From Candidatus Poribacteria bacterium (GTDB lineage: Bacteria > Poribacteria > WGA-4E > WGA-3G): 64,000 nucleotides of DNA. The notes beneath the pieces were generated by a model, which did not search any database, was not told the origin of the DNA, and worked only from the letters and a program-made list of their open reading frames with translations. Each line of letters opens with the position of its first letter. Position 1 is the first letter of the stretch. This document shows, piece after piece, positions 9,724 to 19,498 of the stretch. The position numbers and the translations under genes were made by a program. Location: positions 1,440,001-1,504,000 of the forward strand of contig OZ242029.1 of the NCBI GenBank assembly GCA_965205015.1, given 5' to 3'.

Positions 9724-9988
9724 TGCTGTGGAGATGTTCAGAAGAAGGGGGTCTCTATTAGTTTTCATACGCGTTGGTAGAAAGGCTTTCATCTTGCGAA
9801 GAGGACTGAGCGCCAGAGGCGGGTCGCTTGACGTTTCAAACGTCCCCTCCTTTCTAATGCTCTATAGTTACTTGGGTCACTTTTTACTTATTCATTATAT
9901 AAAATATGAACGGCATAGGTAACTAAATGATACAAAATTTTCAGGTAAAAAGCAAATTATATTTACAAAAACTGCTAATTTTTCTTAA
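9724..9988 (-). repeat. Duplicated leader copy 2, including uORF 9789-9839
   Basis: Matches 7782-8048; uORF differs only by a synonymous AAG>AAA change. Confidence 0.85.
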
Positions 9989-10110
9989 GAAAGTGGATAA
10001 CATTTTAAGATTTGACCGAAAATGAAATGCGTGATAATATACACTCTTAACTTATATGAAAAGGTCAATGGCCTCGCCTTAAATCACCTGACTGTCCTTA
10101 GGGAAATATA

Positions 10111-13035
10111 TTGATGACAACCAACACCTTGCAAGACCTGATTGCACGTTGCCACCAACGGCACGAGAAACCCCTTAAGCAACGCAAGTCGATCGTAGGA
10201 CCCCTGCTTTATCAAGGACTTCCTTACCATTTCACAGTCTATTGTGCACACAGACACCCTGTGATGCTTCAAGACTTGGAGGCGGCAGATATTTCCTTTA
10301 TGCCGATAGGACGGGTCCCGGGCAACGATCGCCCGCCGCGAGCTTTTGGGGGCAAACGGTTCTTGAAACGCCAACAGGCGACAGACTGGGAAATCCTTTA
10401 CTGGCATAAGTCGTGGGGGGTTCAAGTGTATACGGGTATCCCCTCAGCACGCGACAGCGCGTCATGGCATGACATCGACTTTAAGTATGAAGCCATCTGC
10501 GCCGCACCCGATGCCGTTTTTGCCTGCGTTCAGGCACTCGTTGATGCCGTTGAGAACCCGTTGCTAACGCTGTCAAAGTCGGGGGGACTGCGTTTTTCTT
10601 GCAGGATACCGGGGTATCTACATCCGAACACCCAGCAGGCACGGCTGTATATTCATAAGCACACACCGACATCGGAGAATCCGCACCAGCACGACACGTA
10701 TCTTGAAATTTTGGGTGAGCAGGGATATAGTTGCTGGGATGCGCGCTATGAAATTCTGCTCGGAGATCTGTTAGATCCGCCTGTGATTTCCAAAGAGGTG
10801 CTTTTTCCGCCTATTGACGCGCTTCGCGCTGCACTTCACAAACCTATCCCCCAAAACGTCCAACACGAGGCGCACCGCCCCGAGGCACCATATTCTCTCG
10901 GATCGGGTAACCTTAACCTCGCGAAAGAGGCATTTTTCAAGCGCGGGTTTTCTTATGCCAGACAAGCGGATGGAATTCACTATTGGAACCAACGGGGGAG
11001 TGAGACGGGCAATACAGAGGTATCATTGTGGGAGCGCGAAGGGACCGTATGGATATGTGCGTCTACACCTGAAACCGGGGTGCCTACAGACGCAACGCCA
11101 ATCACAGATGTTTGGAACGATACCGGGATCCTGCCACCGATCCCCGAGACAGGGCTGCCTATAGACGATAAGGTGCTTGCCATTCGGGAAGGAAAACTCA
11201 GTCCACTCTCAATGAAACGTCCCAAGCCGGTGTTAGACAAGTTGAGACCTACCGAAAAGATGGATGAAACACGCGAAGAAATTTGGGTTCAGATGCAGCG
11301 TGCTATCGATGCGGGGGTGAGCGTTCTTGGATTTATTCCCGCGGTAAATTCAGAGAAAGACGGTGAAGTCGGCACCACCCTGCGTCGCAATGGCGCAATC
11401 TGTTTAAATGTGCCGGATGCTGCGCTTGCGGCAGGCATAGAACAATTTTTTCAAAAGCAAAATGTGGGATCAGACGCACAAATACGCCAAGATTACCGAT
11501 TGTTTTTGGACCCACAATACGCAAAAATAGCCGAACAAATTCTCGAAGTGCGCGATGGAACACAGCAGCTCTGTATCATCAATATCACGAGAGAGAATGA
11601 CCTGTTTCTTAAATGCGAACTCCCAAAAACGACCTTGGAGAACTGGATTGCCAACTATCAGGAGAGTGCCTTAGGATACCTTGCCACAGCCCTCCTGAAT
11701 GCAATCGAAATCAGAGATAAATCTCATGTCAATTTTATCAAACGACTTCGGACAGTGATACAGGCATTTCAATGGCGGGAAGCAGAGATCATCCAACAGA
11801 TGTGCCACGGCGAGGTGGCGACGGTTGAAAACATTCAAGAGTTTCCAACCGTTTCTTCGGATCCAAACTGGACGTTTTGGCATCAAGTCAAACGCTTCTT
11901 TGCACATTACACGCGGGACACTGATGCTCCGATGCGATGGAAGAACCAAGTGCTACGCTTCTGGGTGCCGCCGGTGCTGCATCCACGCATCAAACACCTT
12001 TTTGTCACCTCATCGGCGCTCTACGGCGAGCATCTCCGTCGAGCGTTCCTGGATGCGGAAACCGAGACCCTTCCTGCCCAACCCATGGCGTGGGTACCTG
12101 GAAACTGCGTTTTTCAGATTCGCACCGGTACGTATCCACGGCGGACACTCTTAGACCTCTACAACACTTGGGACGTTTTTGGAATTTCTGAAACCGGGCA
12201 GCAGATTTTTTCCAGGATCCAAACTGAAATAGAAAGGGATCCGAGTGTTAAGCACGGCATTCTCACCCACGATCAGGCAATTAAACAGTTGGGGAATATC
12301 GCGAAAAATGAGAATGTCTGTTTCCTGACGGGATTCCGAAACAGAAAAGGATTGGAAACCGCTTTTCAAGAAGCAGAAGTCATCTGGATAGTGGGCATGC
12401 CGGAAATGGGACCCCGCGCCATTTTACAGCGCACCCAGGTCCTGTTTGGAAACGACGAAGAACCGCTTTCTTATGAAATGGAACGTGAGTCCTACCGTTA
12501 CAAAGACGGGCGCGCCCAGAGCGTCTATGAAAAGGATATCGTCTCCATATTCACACAGGTTATAGCGTTAGCGCAACTCAACCGTTTGGCAAATAAGAAA
12601 GTTATGTTGATTACGGGTTTGCGAATTCCTGGGATTACCGACAGACCTGAAACCCACCTTTTTGACTGGGAAGATCTTGAGGTCGCCGGTCGCTTAGACA
12701 AACTTTCTGAGGCGATAGCGACACGCCAACGCTTTGAAAGAGAACGGGACAATCTAACGGCTGAATCCAGCAGAAAAGAGGTAGAGCGGGTTCTCGGATG
12801 CTCCCCAAGGCAGGCGAGTCGAGTGTTGCAAAAGTTAAGGGGCGGGAAAATTGTCCGAGCGCCGCTCCGCGAGCAGATCCTCGCGCTTCTTGCCGATGGA
12901 GAGAAAAAAACACCCGAACTCACCGCAGCGATTCAAGGACACCCAAAAGCAATAAATACAAAACTCACGCGCCTTGTCAACGCCGGTGAAATTGTAAAGG
13001 TGCGACGGGGCGTGTATAGGCTGCCAGAACATTAG
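10111..13035 (+). CDS. Large hypothetical DNA-acting protein: possible primase-polymerase-like N-domain, degenerate helicase-C-like region, C-terminal winged HTH
   Basis: HDIDFK and LSKSGGLRF motifs; EAEVIWIVGMP; ends LTRLVNAGEIVKVRRGVYRL (AbiEi-N-like wHTH). ORF is solid, domain calls are inferred. Confidence 0.55.
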   Translation: MMTTNTLQDLIARCHQRHEKPLKQRKSIVGPLLYQGLPYHFTVYCAHRHPVMLQDLEAADISFMPIGRVPGNDRPPRAFGGKRFLKRQQATDWEILYWHKSWGVQVYTGIPSARDSASWHDIDFKYEAICAAPDAVFACVQALVDAVENPLLTLSKSGGLRFSCRIPGYLHPNTQQARLYIHKHTPTSENPHQHDTYLEILGEQGYSCWDARYEILLGDLLDPPVISKEVLFPPIDALRAALHKPIPQNVQHEAHRPEAPYSLGSGNLNLAKEAFFKRGFSYARQADGIHYWNQRGSETGNTEVSLWEREGTVWICASTPETGVPTDATPITDVWNDTGILPPIPETGLPIDDKVLAIREGKLSPLSMKRPKPVLDKLRPTEKMDETREEIWVQMQRAIDAGVSVLGFIPAVNSEKDGEVGTTLRRNGAICLNVPDAALAAGIEQFFQKQNVGSDAQIRQDYRLFLDPQYAKIAEQILEVRDGTQQLCIINITRENDLFLKCELPKTTLENWIANYQESALGYLATALLNAIEIRDKSHVNFIKRLRTVIQAFQWREAEIIQQMCHGEVATVENIQEFPTVSSDPNWTFWHQVKRFFAHYTRDTDAPMRWKNQVLRFWVPPVLHPRIKHLFVTSSALYGEHLRRAFLDAETETLPAQPMAWVPGNCVFQIRTGTYPRRTLLDLYNTWDVFGISETGQQIFSRIQTEIERDPSVKHGILTHDQAIKQLGNIAKNENVCFLTGFRNRKGLETAFQEAEVIWIVGMPEMGPRAILQRTQVLFGNDEEPLSYEMERESYRYKDGRAQSVYEKDIVSIFTQVIALAQLNRLANKKVMLITGLRIPGITDRPETHLFDWEDLEVAGRLDKLSEAIATRQRFERERDNLTAESSRKEVERVLGCSPRQASRVLQKLRGGKIVRAPLREQILALLADGEKKTPELTAAIQGHPKAINTKLTRLVNAGEIVKVRRGVYRLPEH

Positions 13036-13135
13036 GACAGAAGGATGCGTCTTATGCACCAGCTGCACACCAGTGAGGTGGCTACAGAAACCCACCCTAT
13101 CTATTAAAGCCCATAATCACCTATTCACCTTTTAT

Positions 13136-13164
13136 AGTTGGCGAGGTTAGGAAACCTCGCCAGC
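13136..13164. repeat. REP-like palindrome GTTGGCGAGGTT-AGGA-AACCTCGCCAGC (second copy 19533-19560)
   Basis: Near-identical hairpin at two loci. Confidence 0.8.
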
Positions 13165-13192
13165 AAAGCGAGAGTAGGCGTAGTCCAGTTAG

Positions 13193-13593
13193 GTCAATGT
13201 ACCCAAGCCTAAAGGCATTGGGCTTGTAAAAAGCCTGTTTGCCTCGTGCTTCGTTAGTGTTTCTCGTTTCATAGAGGGTCGTAACCGACCGCTCTCCACG
13301 AAGGGTGCAAGCCACCCTAAAAAAGTTTCTCGCTGGCGGTTAAGCCAATACAAAATGCGAGAGTGCCCACCTCAAGTTTCTGTTTCTTTTCCGTATTGTG
13401 CTGTAGCTTTACACAAGTCGCACACGGGGATAGCGAACAGCAGCATAACTTGCAACCTTGCACTACGAAAGATATTATACCACAACTTCGGACCAAGTGT
13501 CAAAGAAAAAATGAACACTTTGGTCCTTTCCAAGAGGGCGGATTTTCCTCCCAAACTTAAAAGTTTGGGCTTCCAATCCGTAAACTTAGGTGA
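13193..13593 (-). mobile_element. Non-autonomous IS200/IS605-family element (PATE-like); no TnpA or TnpB ORF
   Basis: Right end AAGCCCAATGCCTTTAGGCTTGGGTACATTGAC and left hairpin CCCAAACTT-TT-AAGTTTGGG match the subterminal palindrome pattern of IS605-group ends. Confidence 0.75.
13474..13503 (-). promoter_or_regulatory. Consensus promoter TTGACA-N18-TATAAT with extended -10 TG, inside the IS200/605 element
   Basis: Minus strand reads TTGACACTTGGTCCGAAGTTGTGGTATAAT. Confidence 0.7.
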
Positions 13594-13609
13594 AAGAACC
13601 CTACCGTGT

Positions 13610-14428
13610 TTAAGTACCCCACGATTCAAGCCCAAGGAGTTTTTCTCCTAAAGGGGTCAACTCGGCTGTCTTACCCTGGTAATGCTCTTTCTCTTTTGTC
13701 TCTCTTCCGAGGCCCGTTAGACGTTCACGCCATCCCTCAATTCGGGACGCAGCATTGCCATTCTCCGGTGCAGGCGACATCGTGATGTATTGCGCCATGC
13801 GGGGACGCTCAGCGGAGTTCGGACTACTGCCGTGTGGCAATGCGCTATGCCAAATGACCAAGTCTCCAGCTTTCCCTGCGACCGGCACCGCCTCCGCTTG
13901 ATAGTCTCGCACGACTTCTTTCGGATTCGCGTCATCAGGTAAGCCGTTCAACCAGTTTTCCAACTTCCGATGAAAACCCGGAATACAGGTGAATGCGCCT
14001 TGATTCCCAGGGGTATCCGCCAGATACAAAACACCCTGCACCTTTAAGCGCACCGGCATATTGTCCAATGACATATCCCAATGCAAAAACGGACCCGTGA
14101 ACGTATAATCCGAACGTTCGGGTGGGTTCATACTCGCCCGATCAAAACTGACCCAGAGTTTCTCAGTACTCCAAATCTCAGAGAACGCCTGATGCACACG
14201 AGGATATTGACGGTTATCCCATAACGCTTGGTGTTGATAAATCTCCACCATGATGCTTCGGCGCGGTGGGTCGGGATACCAACTGTCCGGATCATCACGG
14301 TCCATTTCAAGAAAATCCCAGACAGCCTGTTCCGCGGCTCGGCAATTCTCAAGTGGCACCGCTTCCGGCACAACGACGTAACCGTTCTCTTCCCAAAATT
14401 CTAAGGCTTCTGCGTCAAAAACTGGCAT
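13610..14428 (-). CDS. Phytanoyl-CoA dioxygenase (PhyH) family Fe/2OG dioxygenase
   Basis: EENGYVVV, HWD, CIPGFH, GDLVIWHSALPHGS motifs; start set at ATG 14428 after AAGGAG. Confidence 0.85.
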   Translation of the reverse strand: MPVFDAEALEFWEENGYVVVPEAVPLENCRAAEQAVWDFLEMDRDDPDSWYPDPPRRSIMVEIYQHQALWDNRQYPRVHQAFSEIWSTEKLWVSFDRASMNPPERSDYTFTGPFLHWDMSLDNMPVRLKVQGVLYLADTPGNQGAFTCIPGFHRKLENWLNGLPDDANPKEVVRDYQAEAVPVAGKAGDLVIWHSALPHGSSPNSAERPRMAQYITMSPAPENGNAASRIEGWRERLTGLGRETKEKEHYQGKTAELTPLGEKLLGLESWGT

Positions 14429-14738
14429 GAGTCTCTCCTTAACGTGAGTTCGGTAAATCATAGTACATTTTTCTATAGACCTATTGCTCCGATGGAGCAA
14501 AAAACGACTTCGTGTGACGCGAGTTGGGTCACCCGTGTAGCATTCGTTAGATCGCAACTTGGGTTAACGTAGTTTTAAGAATACCACAAAAGATTACGCA
14601 AATCAAACTTTTCGATGACACTCGCGTGTCATCCAACGTTTGAAAAATTTTCTTGCAATCAATTGCGCCTTGTGCTAAAGTACGGATACTCCGATCTACA
14701 AAATTGAGTGAACATTGAGACGAAGGAGAAAGCTCACA

Positions 14739-15692
14739 ATGCTTAAAGCAGGATTTATCGGTGCAGGGGGACGCAGTCAGGGGGCGCATTATCCAAACGT
14801 GAATCGACTGGAAGATGATGTCGAGATGCTCGGCGCCTGTGAACTCGACGAGGAGAAACTCGCGCAGGTTGCCCAGAAATATGAGTTTCCGCACACCTTC
14901 ACAGACCACCGGAAGATGCTGGACACCTTAGACTTAGATGTCGTTTATTGTGTGATGAACGAGAAGTGGATTTTGCAACCCGCTCTGGATTGCCTCAACG
15001 CCGGCAAGCATCTGTTCATCGAAAAACCACCGGGGGCGAATAGCGATGAAACGCAACAACTCCTTGAGGCAGCAGTCGCCAACGATGTCTACTGCATGGT
15101 CGGATTTCAGCGTAGATATGCCGCCGTTACGCGCGAAGCCATGCGACGCGTCGCAGAAAAGGGACCCGTCACGTTAGCCGTCACCACCTTTAACAAGCAA
15201 ATGCTCGGGGGCAACCGAGAATTTACGACAACGCTTTGGAACGATGTCTGCCACGTCGTCGATCTCCTCCGCTATATGGCAGGGGGTGAGCCGGTGGAAG
15301 TTACGGCGCATCGCGACACATTCGATGCCGAACAACGCAACTTCTACACCGCCTTCGTCCGGTTCGATAACAACGTTACAGGTGTGCTTTTTGGGAGCCG
15401 TGCCTCCGGCGGACGCGTGTTGCGCTCCGAATTGCACGGTGTCGGCATCGGCTGTTACATGAAAATTCCAGAAGAAATCGAAATTTATGAGGATAACGAC
15501 AGATCCGTTATGGGAGGCTGGGAAGTTGACGGCGTGGACGAGCGCGACACCCCCAACTATGAAGGCGTGCTAACGATGCATCGCCATTTCGCCGATTGCG
15601 TCCGTAACCGGCAAGTCCCCCTCACAGACCTCCGTGATGTTATACATTCTATTCGTTTTGTTGACCAGATAGAGGGTCCGCTACCGGATTAA
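14739..15692 (+). CDS. Gfo/Idh/MocA family oxidoreductase
   Basis: GFIGAGG Rossmann motif, GKHLFIEKP, VGFQRRY; AAGGAG SD before ATG 14739. Confidence 0.9.
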   Translation: MLKAGFIGAGGRSQGAHYPNVNRLEDDVEMLGACELDEEKLAQVAQKYEFPHTFTDHRKMLDTLDLDVVYCVMNEKWILQPALDCLNAGKHLFIEKPPGANSDETQQLLEAAVANDVYCMVGFQRRYAAVTREAMRRVAEKGPVTLAVTTFNKQMLGGNREFTTTLWNDVCHVVDLLRYMAGGEPVEVTAHRDTFDAEQRNFYTAFVRFDNNVTGVLFGSRASGGRVLRSELHGVGIGCYMKIPEEIEIYEDNDRSVMGGWEVDGVDERDTPNYEGVLTMHRHFADCVRNRQVPLTDLRDVIHSIRFVDQIEGPLPD

Positions 15693-15851
15693 CCGTAGGA
15701 CTTACGCCCTCCACGCCTTTATTGGTGGTAAACTTTGGACCGAAGGCGGAGCAAAACCGTTCTCCACCCTTCCAATTTTCCAATTTTCCAATCGTATCAG
15801 CGACGAAAGGGATTTTGCGGAAGTCCTCACAACGAATTGGAGATTTAACCT

Positions 15852-16715
15852 ATGCTTGACGAACGCCATCTACAACATCAGATTACCGACGAACAACGTC
15901 GCGAGCTGAACGAAAACGGGTATTTTACTGTTCAAGACGCGCTTCCACCAGATCTCGTCGAACGGCTTGAGACCAAGGTGGACACCATCTACCAGAACCA
16001 TCTTGACGCTGGCTACGATCCATACAGCAAGCGTCAACTCACTGCGCATAACAACTTCTTCTATCCGAATTTTCTCGGCACAGATCAAGTTTTCGTGAAT
16101 ATTTTAGATTGGTATAAAACGTTCCCGAAAGTCTGGGGAATCTTGGGATGGAATATTTACTCCTATCATAGCCATTTCATCATCACGCCGCCGCGCCCCG
16201 ATGCGGTCCGCGGTAAACCCACCCCACTTGGCTGGCATCAGGACAGTGGACGCGTTAACTTCGAGATCGAAAGCTCACCGCGCCCCCGTCTTTCCATAAA
16301 AGTTGTCTATTGGCTATCCGACTGTTCCGAAACGGGACGTGGGAATTTCTATGTCATACCGGGAAGCCACCTCTGGGATAAACTCGATCGACCCGAAGAC
16401 GGTTCGATGCCAGACAGGGCAACACCCGTCTGCTGCAAGCCCGGGGATGCAGTCTTTTTCGACCGACGGATATGGCACGCCCGCAGCGAAAACGATTCAG
16501 ACATCACCCGAAAGGGACTTTTCTATGGGTACGGCTACCGATGGCTACGGAGTAAGGACGACATGACGATCCCCACAGAGATGTTTGAACGGAACGATCC
16601 GATTCGACAGCAACTCCTCGGGGGTGGCACCAACGCAAACGGGCATTTTACACCCAAGGATGTAGATGTACCGTTGAAGGTATGGCTTGAAGAAAAAGGG
16701 ATCATTTCTCACTGA
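15852..16715 (+). CDS. PhyH family dioxygenase
   Basis: GWHQD, VIPGSH, PGDAVFFDRRIWH. Confidence 0.85.
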   Translation: MLDERHLQHQITDEQRRELNENGYFTVQDALPPDLVERLETKVDTIYQNHLDAGYDPYSKRQLTAHNNFFYPNFLGTDQVFVNILDWYKTFPKVWGILGWNIYSYHSHFIITPPRPDAVRGKPTPLGWHQDSGRVNFEIESSPRPRLSIKVVYWLSDCSETGRGNFYVIPGSHLWDKLDRPEDGSMPDRATPVCCKPGDAVFFDRRIWHARSENDSDITRKGLFYGYGYRWLRSKDDMTIPTEMFERNDPIRQQLLGGGTNANGHFTPKDVDVPLKVWLEEKGIISH

Positions 16716-16767
16716 AATCACGCGGTTAACGCAGCCCAAATCAGTGGCATGCTAAACGCAAATTTAC

Positions 16768-16796
16768 TTGACATCCACAGCAAAATAGCGTATAAT
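16768..16796 (+). promoter_or_regulatory. Perfect sigma70 promoter TTGACA-N17-TATAAT
   Basis: Exact consensus upstream of the GGAGG SD and ATG 16834. Confidence 0.8.
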
Positions 16797-16833
16797 TCCA
16801 TTAACTTAACGTATTTACCGGAGGCATAACGCG

Positions 16834-17844
16834 ATGTTTCAAACGCAGCTGAATGCGAGCGTCTGGGCTGTTATCCTCATAACAGCGATTTTGATTCCAG
16901 CAGCTTCAGGGGAGGAAGCAGTGACAACGCCAAACACACTAAAAGTAGGCATGGTCGCCCCAGATTTTACATTGAAAGATGAAGAAGGCGTTGAGCGAAG
17001 TCTCAGCGATTATTTAGGCAAGAAGAATATCGTTCTCGCTTTCTATCCAAAAGATTTTACAGGTGGCTGAACAACTGAACTTTGCTCGCTCCGGGATAAT
17101 TTGAGCGAGATAGAAGCGACCGGCAGTGTCCTGTTCGGGGTCAGTGTTGATTCTGTTGAATCGCACAAGCGGTTCCGGGCAGAACAGAAATTCGGATTTT
17201 CACTCTTAGCCGATACCGAATTTAAGGTGAGCCACCAGTATAGTGGTATCATTGAAAGTTTCAATGCCTCAAAACGAGTAACTTTCATCATTGATAAAGC
17301 CGGATACATCCGTGCCATTGATACGGATGTCAATGTCAAAACGCACGGTGAAGATGTCGCAGCCCTGCTTAAGGAAGTCTTACCGAAGATAGAGGTTGGG
17401 CAACCCGCCCCAGATTTTATTGCAGCCGATGGGACCGGTAAAACGCACCAACTCAGCGAATGGCATCAGGAAAAGAATGTCGTATTAGCCTTCTATCCAC
17501 GCGATTTTGGGCGTGGCTGAACGACTCAAGTTTGCTCACTCCGGGATGAGTCGAGTTATTTTGAGAAATACGATGCACAGATTTTTGGGATTACGTCGAA
17601 TGATGCGGCTTCGCACCAAAAATTTTCGGAAGAAAATCAGCTGAATTTCCCGCTCTTGGTAGACACCGGACGTAACCTCGCCCTCCTCTTTGGTGCGACG
17701 AATGCCCCAGACGGGAAGATTCAACGGTTAGCTGTTATCATTGATAAAACTGGAAAGATTCTTGAGATTGATAAAGAGGTCAACGCCAGTACGCACGGTG
17801 CGGACTTAGTTGATTTCTTTAAAAATTTGGAAACGTCAAATTAA
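16834..17844 (+). CDS. Secreted tandem BCP/PrxQ peroxiredoxin selenoprotein (336 aa; Sec at TGA 17068-17070 and 17518-17520)
   Basis: Three track ORFs share one frame: FYPKDFTGG-U-TTELCSLRD and FYPRDFGRG-U-TTQVCSLRD; each TGA sits at the peroxidatic Cys position and is followed by a hairpin. Confidence 0.9.
17085..17109 (+). promoter_or_regulatory. Candidate SECIS 1
   Basis: CTCGCTC-CGGGATAATTT-GAGCGAG starting 15 nt after the TGA. Confidence 0.7.
17534..17555 (+). promoter_or_regulatory. Candidate SECIS 2
   Basis: GCTCACTC-CGGGAT-GAGT(C)GAGT starting 14 nt after the TGA; same CGGGAT loop start as SECIS 1. Confidence 0.65.
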
Positions 17845-18462
17845 TTGATGGAGCGTAGCGATTTATCGACAATGCCGGCGCGCATCGCGTGGGGTACCTC
17901 TGTTCTCTTCAGTCCATTTTTGGTTCCAATCGCAACCGCCGTTGGTGTGATCCAAAAACATGCGGCGCCCCAAAACGCACTCCGCTGGTTGGTAATTGTT
18001 GTCCTATTTGTTACCGTGCTACCGGTACTATCCATTGCGGTGATGGCTCGGTATGCTAAAGTCAGCGATCTGCACTTGCATAATAGGGAAGAGCGACTCC
18101 TGCCTTTATGCTGTACGGTTGTCAGTATGGTTGTAGGGACTGTCCTACTGCATCAACTTGGTGCGGCACGGGAAATCGTCTGGGCAGGCATTGCTTACAT
18201 CGTAAACAGTCTTATTTTTTCGGCAATTACCCCGATGTGGAAAATAAGCTTTCACAGCAGTGTCGCCACCGGATGTGTCACCGTCCTCGTCATGCTCGTC
18301 AATCCACAATTCGGCTGGCTATTTTTGCTGACGCCGCTGATCGCTTGGGCACGGGTTTACCGAAAACGACACACACTTCTCCAAACCGTCGTCGGCGCAG
18401 TGCTCGCCGTTGGCAACACAGTATTCATTTTGTATATGGCGAACCTTGGGGGTCAAAGTTAG
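17845..18462 (+). CDS. PAP2-like integral membrane protein
   Basis: About 6 TM helices; WKISFHS and WARVYRKRHT..Q motifs. Confidence 0.7.
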   Translation: MMERSDLSTMPARIAWGTSVLFSPFLVPIATAVGVIQKHAAPQNALRWLVIVVLFVTVLPVLSIAVMARYAKVSDLHLHNREERLLPLCCTVVSMVVGTVLLHQLGAAREIVWAGIAYIVNSLIFSAITPMWKISFHSSVATGCVTVLVMLVNPQFGWLFLLTPLIAWARVYRKRHTLLQTVVGAVLAVGNTVFILYMANLGGQS

Positions 18463-18477
18463 AAGGCAGGTGCCACC

Positions 18478-19260
18478 TCATCGTGGATGTTTCAGGGGCG
18501 GTAGGTTATCCCAATCACACTCAAGGCAGAAAACGCCTTCCCTGCCGAGTTGGCGTACCCGCCCGCCACACTCTGGACACTTTATAAGCGGAAGGGAGTT
18601 TGCCTCTTCAGAACTCGGTGGAAACATGAGCAATTGCTCTATCGGTAAAGTCTGTCCCTGTTCTCCCACGAGTTCCAATTGTACACTCTCAATTATATCG
18701 CGGGTATCCAGTTTAAACGGCGGTGGTGAATTTAGAGTGAGATTGATAAAATCACTACGGTAGACCCGAATGGTGTCGTCTTCCCGCACCTGTCGTATAA
18801 AAAGCGTATATTTATCCGGGGCTATCAAATAAGCGGCGGTATCCAAAATGTATCTGCGCGGTTTGATTGCTATCTCATAGCCTCCGTAGTGCAGGATGGA
18901 AGGACTTGTATCAGGTTGCATCTGACAGATTTCAAAGAGTTCGTGAGAAGAGGATGCAGAAAGAATCAAGGCATACTGCCGACACGTGTGTTGAGAGAGG
19001 CGTTCAAACGGCAGAAAAGCCTCCGGTTCCGCCCTATCTCGGAGGAACCCGGTAAATGCCGCATAAGCGTTCTCAGTGGCTTCGTCCAAGATTACCTGGC
19101 TTAACCGCCGAGATTGCGCCGTCCGCTCCGTATCGGCACGGTCAATTTCCCGCGAGTAAAGTTCAATTTGCACATCAACATCAATCGGCTGGTTTTGATC
19201 ATTGATACGCTGCAAACGCTCTATCGGTTGGTCGGCGATCTTCAGAATAAAAGGTAACAT
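18478..19260 (-). CDS. Hypothetical protein with C-terminal zinc ribbon
   Basis: CPECGG...CLECDW. Confidence 0.6.
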   Translation of the reverse strand: MLPFILKIADQPIERLQRINDQNQPIDVDVQIELYSREIDRADTERTAQSRRLSQVILDEATENAYAAFTGFLRDRAEPEAFLPFERLSQHTCRQYALILSASSSHELFEICQMQPDTSPSILHYGGYEIAIKPRRYILDTAAYLIAPDKYTLFIRQVREDDTIRVYRSDFINLTLNSPPPFKLDTRDIIESVQLELVGEQGQTLPIEQLLMFPPSSEEANSLPLIKCPECGGRVRQLGREGVFCLECDWDNLPPLKHPR

Positions 19261-19498
19261 AGCAACCTATACAGACTCCTTAAAAGAAGATTGTAACAAG
19301 TCTATCACAGATTCCGAGTTTTGTCCAATTTTTTAATGATTCGCAAGGCATTAAATCACCTGATGGGTTTAATATGAGTTTTCGCTCGCTGACTGTTCGT
19401 TCGATGAAGTTTGCCTTCATTGGGCGTTTAAGGGAACTGTAACGCCATGTGCGGTACAGATTTTAGTTTCATCTTTTTCCATCTTATGGTATATTAAT

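Noticed and set aside
13355-13651. Small ORFs within the IS200/605 element
   Set aside because: No TnpA HUH or TnpB RuvC/zinc-finger motifs; they overlap promoter and hairpins
16834-17844. Reading as a pseudogene or three small genes
   Set aside because: Both stops are TGA at the catalytic Cys position with downstream hairpins, so Sec read-through explains it better
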